Positions 1 to 9,617 of a DNA stretch of 64,000 nt are shown here, piece by piece. Each line of letters opens with the position of its first letter. The stretch's first letter is position 1. The notes below the pieces were generated by a model. That model saw only the letters and a program-made list of their open reading frames with translations. It was not told the DNA's origin and ran no database searches. The position numbers and the translations under genes were made by a program. Source of the DNA: Tannerella forsythia (lineage in GTDB: Bacteria > Bacteroidota > Bacteroidia > Bacteroidales > Tannerellaceae); the NCBI RefSeq assembly GCF_001006485.1, contig NZ_JUET01000078.1, positions 35,143-99,142 of the forward strand. The letters are read 5' to 3'.

Positions 1-1
1 T

Positions 2-391
2 CCCAACCTGTTTTGTGCGCATCCGCCGTTCCAAATCGACGGAAACTTCGGAGGATGTGCCGGGATTGCCGAGATGCTGGTACAGAGCCATAACGGATAC
101 ATCGAATTTCTGCCGGCACTTCCTACGGCATGGAAGAACGGTGAGTTCAAAGGTTTATGTGTGCAGGGAGCAGGCGAAGTACATGCTCAATGGAGCGACG
201 GCGAGTTGCTTCATGCCGGACTGAAAGTAAAAAAAGGCGGGACTTTCCGCATCAAGATACCTGGAAGCATGCCTGTTCTGGAAGTTCAGCTGAATGGAAA
301 GGCTGTCTCATGTCCGATTGTCGATGGAATGATTGTCATGGATTTACATGCAGCCGATGAACTCGCAGTAAACATGAGAAAAGACAGCTAA
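2..391 (+). CDS. Glycoside hydrolase, C-terminal fragment (GH95-like beta-sandwich). The gene starts upstream of the window.
   Basis: The frame is open from base 2. The translation ...IDGNFGGCAGIAEMLVQSHNGYIEFLPALPTAWKNGEFKGLCVQGAGEV... resembles the conserved C-terminal region of GH95-type alpha-fucosidases (IDGNFG, LLPALPxAW, KGL.ArGgfeV). The stop is at 389-391. Confidence 0.5.
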   Translation, partial: PNLFCAHPPFQIDGNFGGCAGIAEMLVQSHNGYIEFLPALPTAWKNGEFKGLCVQGAGEVHAQWSDGELLHAGLKVKKGGTFRIKIPGSMPVLEVQLNGKAVSCPIVDGMIVMDLHAADELAVNMRKDS

Positions 392-460
392 AAAGATTCA
401 GAAAGGAATGTTTTATGTTCATTTTATCCGTTAACAGATAAACGCCTTTGTTTTACTTTG

Positions 461-468
461 TATCTTTG
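461..468 (+). promoter_or_regulatory. Candidate Bacteroidetes -7 promoter box (TAnnTTTG) for the efflux operon
   Basis: tatctttg lies 20 bp upstream of the ATG at 488. It matches the Bacteroides sigma-A -7 consensus TAnnTTTG. Confidence 0.35.
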
Positions 469-487
469 TACCCCAAAATTGAAGGAA

Positions 488-1879
488 ATGAAACAGTTTA
501 TTTTTTTATGGATGGCGGTTATCCTGCCTTTTTGTGCTATGGCACAGGAAGTGCTGACACTGGATCAGTGCCGTCAGTTGGCGATTGCGAACAACAAAGA
601 GCTGAAAGTAGCCGGTAAACTGGTAGACAAAGCAAAGGAAGAACGTCATGCGGCACGCACGAAATATTTTCCGCAAGTTTCGGCCGTGGGAACGTATATA
701 CGAAACAGCAAAGATATTGAGCTTGTCGACTATAGTAAATTTTCTTCCTTGTCGTCCATTACAGCCCCCATGCTTCAAAAATTTCCGGAACTGGGACTTA
801 TCCTCCCGCAGGTCATGGAAAAGATGAAGGATGCGACCCATCTCGATATTCGCAATGTCTGGATAGGAGATGTATCTTTGGTGCAGCCGGTTTTTATGGG
901 TGGAAAAATTGTGTCCTACAATCAGATCACGACTTATGCCCGTGAGCTGGCCGAGTCGATGCACGACACGAAGTTGCAGGATGTGATCTACCGAACCGAT
1001 GAAACATACTGGCAGGTGATCTCATTGGTCAACAAAAAGAAACTGGCCGACGCGTATGTCGACCTGCTTCGGAAGATGGATAACGATATCACCGCGATGA
1101 TTCAAGAAGGTGTGGCCACGAAAGCAGACGGTTTAACGGTGAAGGTGAAGCTGAATGAAGCGGAGATGGCACAAAACAAAGTCGATAACGGCTTGGCGCT
1201 GTCGCGTATGCTGCTGGCTCAAATCTGTGGGCTGGAGATGGGAAGCCCGATAGCTCTGGCCGATGAAGAGATTGATTATCTCACAGTGCAGCCGGTATCT
1301 TCGCAAGCTCATACAGAAGAAGCCTTCAGTAATCGTCCCGAACTGAAAAGCCTCGAGCTTGCCACAAAAATTTATCGTAAGAAGGAACAGATCGCATTGG
1401 CCGAGATGTTACCGAGCGTCGCGCTGACAGCCAACTACCTGATCACAAATCCAAACTCGCACAACGGCTTTAAGAATGAGTTTTCCGGCATGTACAATGT
1501 CGGCGTGATGGTGAAAGTTCCTTTGTCCGGTTGGTGGGAAGGAACGTACAGGCGTAATTCGGCCAAGGCTGAAACGGTGATCAAGAAGCTGGAGCTCGAA
1601 GACGCGCGTGAGAAAATCGAGTTGCAGGTAAATCAATCGGTATATAAAGTCAACGAGGCAGGAAAACAGTTGACCGCTTCGATGAAAAATATGGAGAAAG
1701 CGGAAGAGAATCTTCGCTATGCCAATTTAGGCTTTGAGGAAGGCGTGATCCCGGCGCTGAACCTGATGGAAGCACAGACGGCCTGGGTCTCGGCGCGTTC
1801 GCAGCTGATCGATGCGCAGATTGAGGTCAAGCTGACGGAAGTTTATCTGCGTAAAGCCTTAGGAAAGCTGACGAAATAA
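488..1879 (+). CDS. TolC-family outer membrane efflux protein
   Basis: It starts MKQFIFLWMAVILPFCAMAQ (signal peptide), then EVLTLDQCRQLAIANNKELK, typical of OMF/TolC N-termini, with two-repeat alpha/beta architecture. It is first in an OMF-HlyD-permease operon. The ORF-track start at 458 is also possible. Confidence 0.8.
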   Translation: MKQFIFLWMAVILPFCAMAQEVLTLDQCRQLAIANNKELKVAGKLVDKAKEERHAARTKYFPQVSAVGTYIRNSKDIELVDYSKFSSLSSITAPMLQKFPELGLILPQVMEKMKDATHLDIRNVWIGDVSLVQPVFMGGKIVSYNQITTYARELAESMHDTKLQDVIYRTDETYWQVISLVNKKKLADAYVDLLRKMDNDITAMIQEGVATKADGLTVKVKLNEAEMAQNKVDNGLALSRMLLAQICGLEMGSPIALADEEIDYLTVQPVSSQAHTEEAFSNRPELKSLELATKIYRKKEQIALAEMLPSVALTANYLITNPNSHNGFKNEFSGMYNVGVMVKVPLSGWWEGTYRRNSAKAETVIKKLELEDAREKIELQVNQSVYKVNEAGKQLTASMKNMEKAEENLRYANLGFEEGVIPALNLMEAQTAWVSARSQLIDAQIEVKLTEVYLRKALGKLTK

Positions 1880-1930
1880 TCGGAAATTTGAGTTATAACG
1901 AACATTTATACATTCTATAATTTATACACG

Positions 1931-2923
1931 ATGAGTGAGAAAAAATATTCGATCAACAACATGCTATTGGCCTTTATTGCCGTACTGATAGTCATAGGCT
2001 TAGTTGCATTAGCCGGTTTTTTCCTGTTGTCGCCTCCCGACGAGATCATTATGGGTCAGGCCGAAGCAACTCAGGTACGTATTTCGGGTAAAGTACCCGG
2101 ACGCATCGAATCATATCGCTTTGGCGAGGGAGACAAGGTGCGTGCAGGCGACACACTGGTATTCCTCGACACCCCTGAGATTATGGCCAAGCTGCAACAG
2201 GCCGAGGCTGTCCGTCAGGCTGCTGAAGCACAGAATACCAAAGCAATGACCGGCGCCCGTTCACAAGAAGTTACCGGTGCTTACGAGTTGTGGCAAAAGG
2301 CGAAAGCAGGGCTCGATATTGCCCGGAAATCGTACGATCGCATACAGCATCTCTACGAGCAGGGCGTAATGTCTGCTCAAAAACGCGATGAGGTAGAAGC
2401 CAATTATCATGCGATGGTTGCCACCGAAAAGGCGGCTCGTTCACAGTATGAGATGGCGAAAGAAGGAGCGCGCCGTGAAGACAAGATGGCTGCCTCGGCA
2501 CTCGTCCGACAAGCGAAGGGTGCGGTGGCCGAGGTGCAATCCTACATCGGCGAACGGGCTTTGGTTTCACCTATCGACGGGGAGATTGTAGAACGCTTTC
2601 CCGAGGTGGGAGAGTTAGTGGGAACAGGCGCCCCGATCATGAACATTGCCGACCTGAACGACTTGTGGATCACGTTCAGCGTACGGGAAGATTTATTGAG
2701 TGATATCAAGATCGGAAAAGAGGTCAAAGGCTTTATTCCTGCCCTCCATAATCAGGAAGTGACGATGAAGGTCTATTTCATGAAAGCCATGGGCACGTAT
2801 GCCGCATGGAAGGCCACAAAAGCAACCGGCCAGTTCGATGCAAAAACGTTTGAAGTACGTGCACGCCCCATCGAAAAAATAGCTGATCTGCGTCCCGGAA
2901 TGTCTGTTATCATCAAGCGTTAA
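1931..2923 (+). CDS. HlyD-family secretion protein / membrane fusion protein
   Basis: It has a single N-terminal TM helix, a coiled-coil region (AKLQQAEAVRQAAEAQ...) and a C-terminal beta-barrel. It sits between the OMF and the ABC-2 permeases. Confidence 0.8.
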   Translation: MSEKKYSINNMLLAFIAVLIVIGLVALAGFFLLSPPDEIIMGQAEATQVRISGKVPGRIESYRFGEGDKVRAGDTLVFLDTPEIMAKLQQAEAVRQAAEAQNTKAMTGARSQEVTGAYELWQKAKAGLDIARKSYDRIQHLYEQGVMSAQKRDEVEANYHAMVATEKAARSQYEMAKEGARREDKMAASALVRQAKGAVAEVQSYIGERALVSPIDGEIVERFPEVGELVGTGAPIMNIADLNDLWITFSVREDLLSDIKIGKEVKGFIPALHNQEVTMKVYFMKAMGTYAAWKATKATGQFDAKTFEVRARPIEKIADLRPGMSVIIKR

Positions 2924-2935
2924 GGGGAGAGAGCT

Positions 2936-4114
2936 ATGACCATCCGGGAAGGCATACAAAGTTTGAAGCAGATATCCGTACGGGAAATCCGCAGGCTCTG
3001 TTTGAACCCGTTGTATTTCTTTTGTATGATTGTCGCGCCAATTGGCAGTCTGTTCTTTCTCATGACATTGATGCAAGACGGACTACCGACGAATCTTCCG
3101 GTAGCAGTCGTCGACTTGGACAACACCCCCACATCGCGCCAACTCATTCGCCAGTTGGATGCTTTCGAGCAGACTTCGGTAGCGATGCAGTGCGCTTCGT
3201 TCGAAGAGGCGCGCAGGGAGATGCAGAAAGGAAATATTTACGGAATCTATCATATCCCGAGAGGTTTTCAGCGTGAAGCCTCATCAGGCAAACGACCGAA
3301 ACTGTCGTTTTATACGAACGGATCGTTTCTGGTCGCAGGATCGTTGATGTTCCGGGATATGAAAACGACATCGGTATTGGCCGGTGGAGCCGTTGGCCTT
3401 CGGATCGGAGAAGCCAAAGGATATACGACAGCCCAGATCATAGCGCAAATACAGCCGATAGTCATCGATACGCACGCAATCGGCAATCCCTGGCTCAATT
3501 ATTCGATCTACCTGAACAATGCGATTATGCCCGGACTATTACAGCTGCTGATATTTATCGTAACGGTTTTCTCGATCGGGACGGAGATCAAAGAAAGGAC
3601 ATCGCGCGATTGGCTGAATATGGGGCATGGCTCCATTACCGTGAGTGTGATCGGAAAGTTATTGCCTCACAACGTAATCTTTACGGCTATCGGGTGGTTG
3701 ATCTGCGCGATTCTTTACGGATATAACGCCTTTCCGCTTCATTCGGGTTGGATACCGATGCTCGTTGCCATATTTCTGTTAGTAGTCGCCTCACAGGCGC
3801 TCGGGGTTTTTATGATCAGCGTACTGCCTACGGTGCGGTTGGGGCTTAGTTTAGCCTCTCTTTTCGGTATGTTAGGCTTTTCGATCTGCGGACTCTCCTA
3901 CCCCGTATCGGCGATGTATCCCGAATTTCATGCCGTATCATACCTCTATCCGCTACGGCATTACCTGCTGATTTATATCGATCAAGCACTCAACGGACGT
4001 GAATTGGTATACACATGGGGAGAATATGTATGGCTTGCCGGCTTCCTCCTGCTGCCTATCATCATGCGCAGATATCTGAAGAATGCGATGCTCTATTTTC
4101 ATTACATTCCGTAA
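2936..4114 (+). CDS. ABC-2 family transporter permease (YhhJ/YbhS-like)
   Basis: A large N-terminal periplasmic domain is followed by six C-terminal TM helices. Operon context with the next gene. Confidence 0.75.
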   Translation: MTIREGIQSLKQISVREIRRLCLNPLYFFCMIVAPIGSLFFLMTLMQDGLPTNLPVAVVDLDNTPTSRQLIRQLDAFEQTSVAMQCASFEEARREMQKGNIYGIYHIPRGFQREASSGKRPKLSFYTNGSFLVAGSLMFRDMKTTSVLAGGAVGLRIGEAKGYTTAQIIAQIQPIVIDTHAIGNPWLNYSIYLNNAIMPGLLQLLIFIVTVFSIGTEIKERTSRDWLNMGHGSITVSVIGKLLPHNVIFTAIGWLICAILYGYNAFPLHSGWIPMLVAIFLLVVASQALGVFMISVLPTVRLGLSLASLFGMLGFSICGLSYPVSAMYPEFHAVSYLYPLRHYLLIYIDQALNGRELVYTWGEYVWLAGFLLLPIIMRRYLKNAMLYFHYIP

Positions 4115-4126
4115 AAATAACGAACG

Positions 4127-5368
4127 ATGAAAAGAGAAAAAAAATTATCCGGCATCATCGCCGAAGGCATCCGGGACTTGTTTTATATCTGGAGAGAAGA
4201 ATTGAAAGCAATCTTCAAAGATAGCGGCGTAATGATTTTTTTCTTCTTGGTTCCATTAGCCTATCCGCTGATTTATTCGCTGATCTATCATCCTGAAACG
4301 GTACATGATGTCAAGGTCGTTGTAGTCGACCGGAGCCAATCGTTTTACAGTCGTGAGTTTGTACGCCGTGTAGATGCTACTCCGGATGTACAGATCGTTC
4401 GCTCGTGTACCTCAATGGACGAGGCACAGACCATGCTGAATAAAAAAGAAGCGTACGGCATCCTGTTGTTTCCGCCCGAGTTCAGTAAGAACCTGCATTC
4501 GGGACAACAAGCGACCGTTTCCCTCTATTGCGATATGAGTCTGTTGCTTTATTACAAGGCGATGCTGCTTTCCGCGACAGAGGTATCGCTCGAAATGGGG
4601 GGTGAGATACATGCGCAGAACCGGCCGCAATCGACCGAACAACTCAAGAAAATCGAGATTGAACCTATACCCTACGAATCGACGACGTTATTTAATCCGT
4701 CGAACGGTTTTGCGAGCTTTCTTCTGCCGGCGGTACTGATCCTGATTATCCAGCAGACGCTTGTGTTGGGCATCGGTATGTTGGGAGGCACGGCGCGTGA
4801 ACGTAACAAGTTTCACCATCTCGTACCGATCGACCGGCGTTTTAAGGGAACCCTGCGCGTGGTACTGGGTAAATCACTCGCTTACGTCGTAATCTACATT
4901 CCGGTATGTATCTGGACACTGATCGTGGTACCCAAGTTCTTTTCGTTTCCAAGTGTCGGGTATCCATGGGACATCCTGCTGTTTTTATTACCCTACCTTT
5001 TCGCGTGCATCTTGATGTCCATTACGATCTCAGGCTTTATGCGCACCCGCGAGTCGCCAATGATGATATTCGTCTTTATGTCCGTGATTCTGCTCTTTAT
5101 CTCAGGCATCTCGTGGCCGACAGAGGCATTCCCCATCTATTGGAAAGCACTCGGTAATATGTTTCCTTCAACACCGGCCATACGTGGTTTCGTTCTGATT
5201 AAGAGCTGTGGCGCCTCATTGCACGACGTGGCGCACGAATACCGGATACTCTGGATACATACCGGCATATATTTCATCACGGCGGCGCTTGTCTATCGTC
5301 GTCAGATTATCCGTGTTCGCCGAAAAATGCTCCGGCAATATAAAGAAGCCAAACTCCGGAGGGGATAG
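4127..5368 (+). CDS. ABC-2 family transporter permease (paralogue)
   Basis: Same architecture as the preceding gene. Its stop is 1 nt before the menA start. Confidence 0.75.
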   Translation: MKREKKLSGIIAEGIRDLFYIWREELKAIFKDSGVMIFFFLVPLAYPLIYSLIYHPETVHDVKVVVVDRSQSFYSREFVRRVDATPDVQIVRSCTSMDEAQTMLNKKEAYGILLFPPEFSKNLHSGQQATVSLYCDMSLLLYYKAMLLSATEVSLEMGGEIHAQNRPQSTEQLKKIEIEPIPYESTTLFNPSNGFASFLLPAVLILIIQQTLVLGIGMLGGTARERNKFHHLVPIDRRFKGTLRVVLGKSLAYVVIYIPVCIWTLIVVPKFFSFPSVGYPWDILLFLLPYLFACILMSITISGFMRTRESPMMIFVFMSVILLFISGISWPTEAFPIYWKALGNMFPSTPAIRGFVLIKSCGASLHDVAHEYRILWIHTGIYFITAALVYRRQIIRVRRKMLRQYKEAKLRRG

Positions 5369-5369
5369 A

Positions 5370-6248
5370 ATGAAACCGAACAAATGCAAAGCATGGATAC
5401 GGGCGGCACGACCGCAAACGCTGGCGGCATCGGTCAGCCCGGTATTGGTGGCCTGTGCATTGGCCTACAGAAACAATGTCTTTCAGTGGATGCCCGCAGT
5501 ACTGTGCATGGCCGTTGCCGTGCTGGCACAAATAGCAGCCAACTTCTTCAACGATTATTTCGACTTTAAAAAAGGAGCCGATACCGAAGAACGTCTGGGA
5601 CAGCAGCGGGCAGTCGCTTCGGGATGGATTACTCCCAAAACGATGCTGACCGGAGCTTTCGTCACATTATCCGCCGCCTCTCTTTGCGGCTTTGCTTTGC
5701 TAATCTACAGCGACTGGTGGCTGATTTTTGTCGGACTCGCTATTGCCCTCTGTGTGCCGGCTTATACGGCCGGACCTTATCCGCTGGCTTATCACGGGCT
5801 GGGCGATCTGGCCGTGCTGTTGTTCTACGGTGTTATTCCCGTATGTTTTACTTATTACATACAGGCACAAGAGTTTGCATGGACAGCCGGCTGGCTTTCA
5901 GTGGCCATGGGACTGCTTTCCGTAAATATCCTGCTGGTAAATAATGTGCGCGACAGAGAGCAAGACGCGCAGGCCGGTAAACGCACGACAGTCGTCATGT
6001 TCGGACGACGTTTCGGAACCACACTTTATCTGATCAACACGCTGCTGGCCGTGGCTTGTTCCTGGCCGGTCTATCTTTATCGTAGCCGGAACATCTGGTT
6101 CCTGTTTATTTTCTTCCTGATGATCGCATGGCTTGCGTGGCAGGAGCTGTCCCGTCAGCATGGCACCGCCCTCAACCGTACACTGGCCATAACAGCCCGC
6201 AACGTCCTGCTCTATGCCTTTCTGTTGATCTATGTATTGGTCTTCTAA
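5370..6248 (+). CDS. menA: 1,4-dihydroxy-2-naphthoate octaprenyltransferase (UbiA superfamily)
   Basis: MKPNKCKAWIRAARPQTLAASVSPVLVACALA... The N-terminal prenyltransferase motif (ARP.T) and the Asp-rich NDYFD motif are present, with eight to nine TM helices. The ORF-track start at 5208 is an in-frame upstream extension that overlaps the permease. Confidence 0.8.
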   Translation: MKPNKCKAWIRAARPQTLAASVSPVLVACALAYRNNVFQWMPAVLCMAVAVLAQIAANFFNDYFDFKKGADTEERLGQQRAVASGWITPKTMLTGAFVTLSAASLCGFALLIYSDWWLIFVGLAIALCVPAYTAGPYPLAYHGLGDLAVLLFYGVIPVCFTYYIQAQEFAWTAGWLSVAMGLLSVNILLVNNVRDREQDAQAGKRTTVVMFGRRFGTTLYLINTLLAVACSWPVYLYRSRNIWFLFIFFLMIAWLAWQELSRQHGTALNRTLAITARNVLLYAFLLIYVLVF

Positions 6249-6555
6249 GATTGCGACGTTTCCCACATACATCATCACGACGCTTGCACCTTAATCTTCG
6301 TATGCAAAAATTCTTTTTTCTAAAATATTCTTTGTAAAAACCGCCCAATAAATAAAAAAAATGTAATTTTGTGGGAAATCAGTTAGTTTCGGCTGTACGG
6401 GCTTTTATCGCTTTTGCGTCATTAAAACAACCATCGGCCGGCTAACCGAAATGTTTTATAACTAAACAAACAACAATACGATGACAAATACATTTATATA
6501 CCGTTCACAATGCCCCATTCCAATCGGGCAATATTCTTTATAACTACAGTTACTT

Positions 6556-9500
6556 ATGAACAGAAAAAGATTTTTTATTGGCTTCCTGTGCTTTTTGTGT
6601 GCAGGAATGGTTACTGCCCAGACGCTTGTGCAGATCAGGGGCAGTGTAGTAGATGAAACGGGCGAGCCGGTGATCGGGGCCAACATTCTGGTGAAAGGTA
6701 CGACACAGGGCACGACGAGCGACGTCGACGGGCAATTCTCGCTGTCGGTCGATCGCGTACCGGTCACATTGCAAATCTCGTACATCGGTTATGCACGCCA
6801 AGAGGTAGAGGCCGTGTCGGGAAAAACGGTCAAAGTACAGATGACGCCGGACACGCAGATGATGGAAGAAGTGGTAGTCACCGGCTACGGTACGTTTAAA
6901 AAGTCGGCTTACGCCGGATCGGCCTCGAACGTAAAAGGCGAGAAGATGAAAGACATCCCTGCCGTGACGTTTAAAGACCTTTTGCAGGGAAACGCCTCCG
7001 GAGTGCAGTTCTCCTCGTCGTCCGGACAGCCGGGCGCCTCGTCGTCGCTGAGAATCCGCGGCATGGGATCGTTCAATGCAAGCAATGCCCCGCTTTATGT
7101 GATCGACGGCGTACCGATGCGCGCCGGAACCGTTAACTCGATCAACTCGAAGGCAGGCCTCGACATCATGTCGACCCTCAACAGCTCCGACATCGAAAGC
7201 ATTACCATCATCAAGGATGCCGCCGCCGCATCGCTCTACGGCTCACGCGCAGCCAACGGTGTGGTGCTCATCACCACCAAACGCGGCAAGGCCGGCAAAC
7301 CCTCCGTCCAGTTCAAAGCCGACTGGGGCGAGTCTGACTTTGCCATGGAATACCGGCCGATTATGGGCGGAGAAGAACGGCGTCAATATATCTATGACGG
7401 ACTGAAGGCCGGCCAGATCAAAAAAGGAAAAAGCGAAGAGCAGGCTCAGGCTTATGCCGACAAGCGGATCGACGATCTTGCCCCCGTGCCGTGGTGCGGC
7501 TATGTAGACTGGGACGATGTGCTGCTTCAAAAAGGCAGCCACCGGTCGTATGAAACATCGATTACCGGAGGCACGGAGCGGTTTAGCTATTACTCCTCTC
7601 TGGCCTATCTGAAGCAAGACGGCCTCTCCCGGAGGTCAGGGCTGGAACGCATCAGCGGACGTCTGAATGTCGACTACCGCGCCACCGACAGGCTGAAAAT
7701 CGGCGCAAACATTTTATTTGCAACCGTGAACCAGAAAGTGTATTCCGAAGGCACGTCCTACTCCTCTCCTTTTTATACTTCGCGCAATGCCGTCGTTCCC
7801 TCCGACCCGGTCTACAACGAAGACAATACGTGGAACCGCGAACTGATCCGCGTCGGCGACCGTAACCCGGCACTGGTGGCTGCTTACGACTTCCAGCGCG
7901 AATACGTAACCCGCGCTTTCAATACCCTTTACGGAGAATACGAGTTTATCAAAGACCTGAAATTCAAATCGACCTTCAGCTACGACTACGTAAATACGAA
8001 AGGACGCGAATGGTACGACCCGCGCACCTCGAACGGCGACGATAAAAACGGAGGCATGATAAAGAAATTCTACGAATACAAAAAAATGGTATGGGCCAAT
8101 CAGCTGAGCTATAAAACAACACTGGCCGAAAACCACCATGCCGATGTGCTGGCAGGATATGAAATCGACGACCAGTACCGCGACTTTCTCTCGGGCTACG
8201 CCACCAACTTCGCCACGCCGGAAAAGAACGAGATCAGCAATGGAATGAAAACCGAATCGGTCAGCGGAAACGATATCCGCACCCGGATGGTTTCCTACAT
8301 CTCGCGCCTGAACTACGACTACCGTAACAAATACTATCTGGGCGGCAGCTTCCGTACCGACGGCAGTTCGCGCTTCCACCGGAGCAATCGATGGGGCAGC
8401 TTCTGGTCGGTATCGGCCGCATGGCGCGCCATCGAAGAAGATTTTATGTCGCCTGCCACCAACTGGCTGACCGATCTGAAAGTCCGCGCCTCCTACGGAG
8501 TGAACGGTACGCTTCCCTCCAGTTACTTCGGGTACATGGGGCTGAGCAGCCTCACCAACGGCTACCTCGAACAGCCCGGCATCATCCGCTCACAAATGAT
8601 GAACAACGACTTGCAGTGGGAAACAAACTATAACCTCAATCTGGGTTTAGACTTCGCCCTGTGGAACCGGATCAACGTAACCCTCGAATATTATACCCGC
8701 ATCACCCGCAACCTGCTCATGGATCGCCCGATCTCCATGACCAACGGCTTCGACAGCTACCTGATGAATATCGGCGAGGTGAAGAACCAGGGGATCGAAC
8801 TCGATATCAGTTCAACAAATGTGAAAACAAAAAACTTCTCATGGAACACAACCTTCAACATCTCGCATAACCGGAACGAAATCGTGAAATTAGACGGCTT
8901 GCAGACGGAGATCATCAGCGGCAACCAGATCCGCAAGGTCGGGAAACCCTACCGCACATTCTACCTGATCGAATTTGCAGGGGTAAACCCCGAAACCGGC
9001 GCTCCGCAGTTCTATACGAACGAGACGGACAAAGACGGCAATTTACGGAAAGATATCACCGAATCGGCCGGGCAGGCACGCGCCACCGTACTGGACAAGC
9101 ATGCCGAACCCGATATAATCGGAGGACTGTCCAATATGCTTCGATACAAATGGTTCGACCTGAACTTCATGTTCTCCTACCAGTTCGGAGGCTACTCGTA
9201 CGACACGTGGGCGCAGAAAACCGAACACGGAGGCAATGATATGAAAGCCAACATCCCAACATACTATCGCAACAGCTGGAAACGCCCCGGCGACGTTACG
9301 GATTACGAACTGTTCTACGAAAATCCTGCCGTGGCCATGAATAAAATCTCAACAACACGCAGGCTGCACAGCACCGATTTCGTCCGCCTCAAGACACTGA
9401 CCTTCGGTGTCACCGTTCCAAAAGCATGGACAAAGAAGCTAAAAATGGACAACCTGCGCTTCTATGCCTCGGCCAATAACCTCTGGACATGGGCCGCCTA

Positions 9501-9597
9501 TGATTATTACGATCCGGAAGCCGTCAGCGGAGGAACTGCAATCTGGGGTACCCCTCCGTTACGAACAGTCACATGCGGATTCAATATGTATTTCTAA
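6556..9597 (+). CDS. susC: SusC/RagA-family TonB-dependent outer membrane transporter
   Basis: Signal peptide, then a CarboxypepD_reg-like N-terminal domain (IRGSVVDETGEPVIGANILVKGTTQGTTSDVDGQFSL), a TonB plug (VVVTGYGT) and a C-terminal barrel ending in F. It is immediately followed by susD. Confidence 0.9.
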   Translation: MNRKRFFIGFLCFLCAGMVTAQTLVQIRGSVVDETGEPVIGANILVKGTTQGTTSDVDGQFSLSVDRVPVTLQISYIGYARQEVEAVSGKTVKVQMTPDTQMMEEVVVTGYGTFKKSAYAGSASNVKGEKMKDIPAVTFKDLLQGNASGVQFSSSSGQPGASSSLRIRGMGSFNASNAPLYVIDGVPMRAGTVNSINSKAGLDIMSTLNSSDIESITIIKDAAAASLYGSRAANGVVLITTKRGKAGKPSVQFKADWGESDFAMEYRPIMGGEERRQYIYDGLKAGQIKKGKSEEQAQAYADKRIDDLAPVPWCGYVDWDDVLLQKGSHRSYETSITGGTERFSYYSSLAYLKQDGLSRRSGLERISGRLNVDYRATDRLKIGANILFATVNQKVYSEGTSYSSPFYTSRNAVVPSDPVYNEDNTWNRELIRVGDRNPALVAAYDFQREYVTRAFNTLYGEYEFIKDLKFKSTFSYDYVNTKGREWYDPRTSNGDDKNGGMIKKFYEYKKMVWANQLSYKTTLAENHHADVLAGYEIDDQYRDFLSGYATNFATPEKNEISNGMKTESVSGNDIRTRMVSYISRLNYDYRNKYYLGGSFRTDGSSRFHRSNRWGSFWSVSAAWRAIEEDFMSPATNWLTDLKVRASYGVNGTLPSSYFGYMGLSSLTNGYLEQPGIIRSQMMNNDLQWETNYNLNLGLDFALWNRINVTLEYYTRITRNLLMDRPISMTNGFDSYLMNIGEVKNQGIELDISSTNVKTKNFSWNTTFNISHNRNEIVKLDGLQTEIISGNQIRKVGKPYRTFYLIEFAGVNPETGAPQFYTNETDKDGNLRKDITESAGQARATVLDKHAEPDIIGGLSNMLRYKWFDLNFMFSYQFGGYSYDTWAQKTEHGGNDMKANIPTYYRNSWKRPGDVTDYELFYENPAVAMNKISTTRRLHSTDFVRLKTLTFGVTVPKAWTKKLKMDNLRFYASANNLWTWAAYDYYDPEAVSGGTAIWGTPPLRTVTCGFNMYF

Positions 9598-9617
9598 CTT
9601 GATAAAAATTCAACATC

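Noticed and set aside
5208-5369. Upstream in-frame extension of menA (ORF-track start at 5208)
   Set aside because: It overlaps the permease gene by 160 nt. The ATG at 5370, directly after the permease stop, gives the canonical MenA N-terminus.
7714-8379. 221-aa minus-strand ORF within susC
   Set aside because: It is an antisense artefact of a long gene with biased codon usage.
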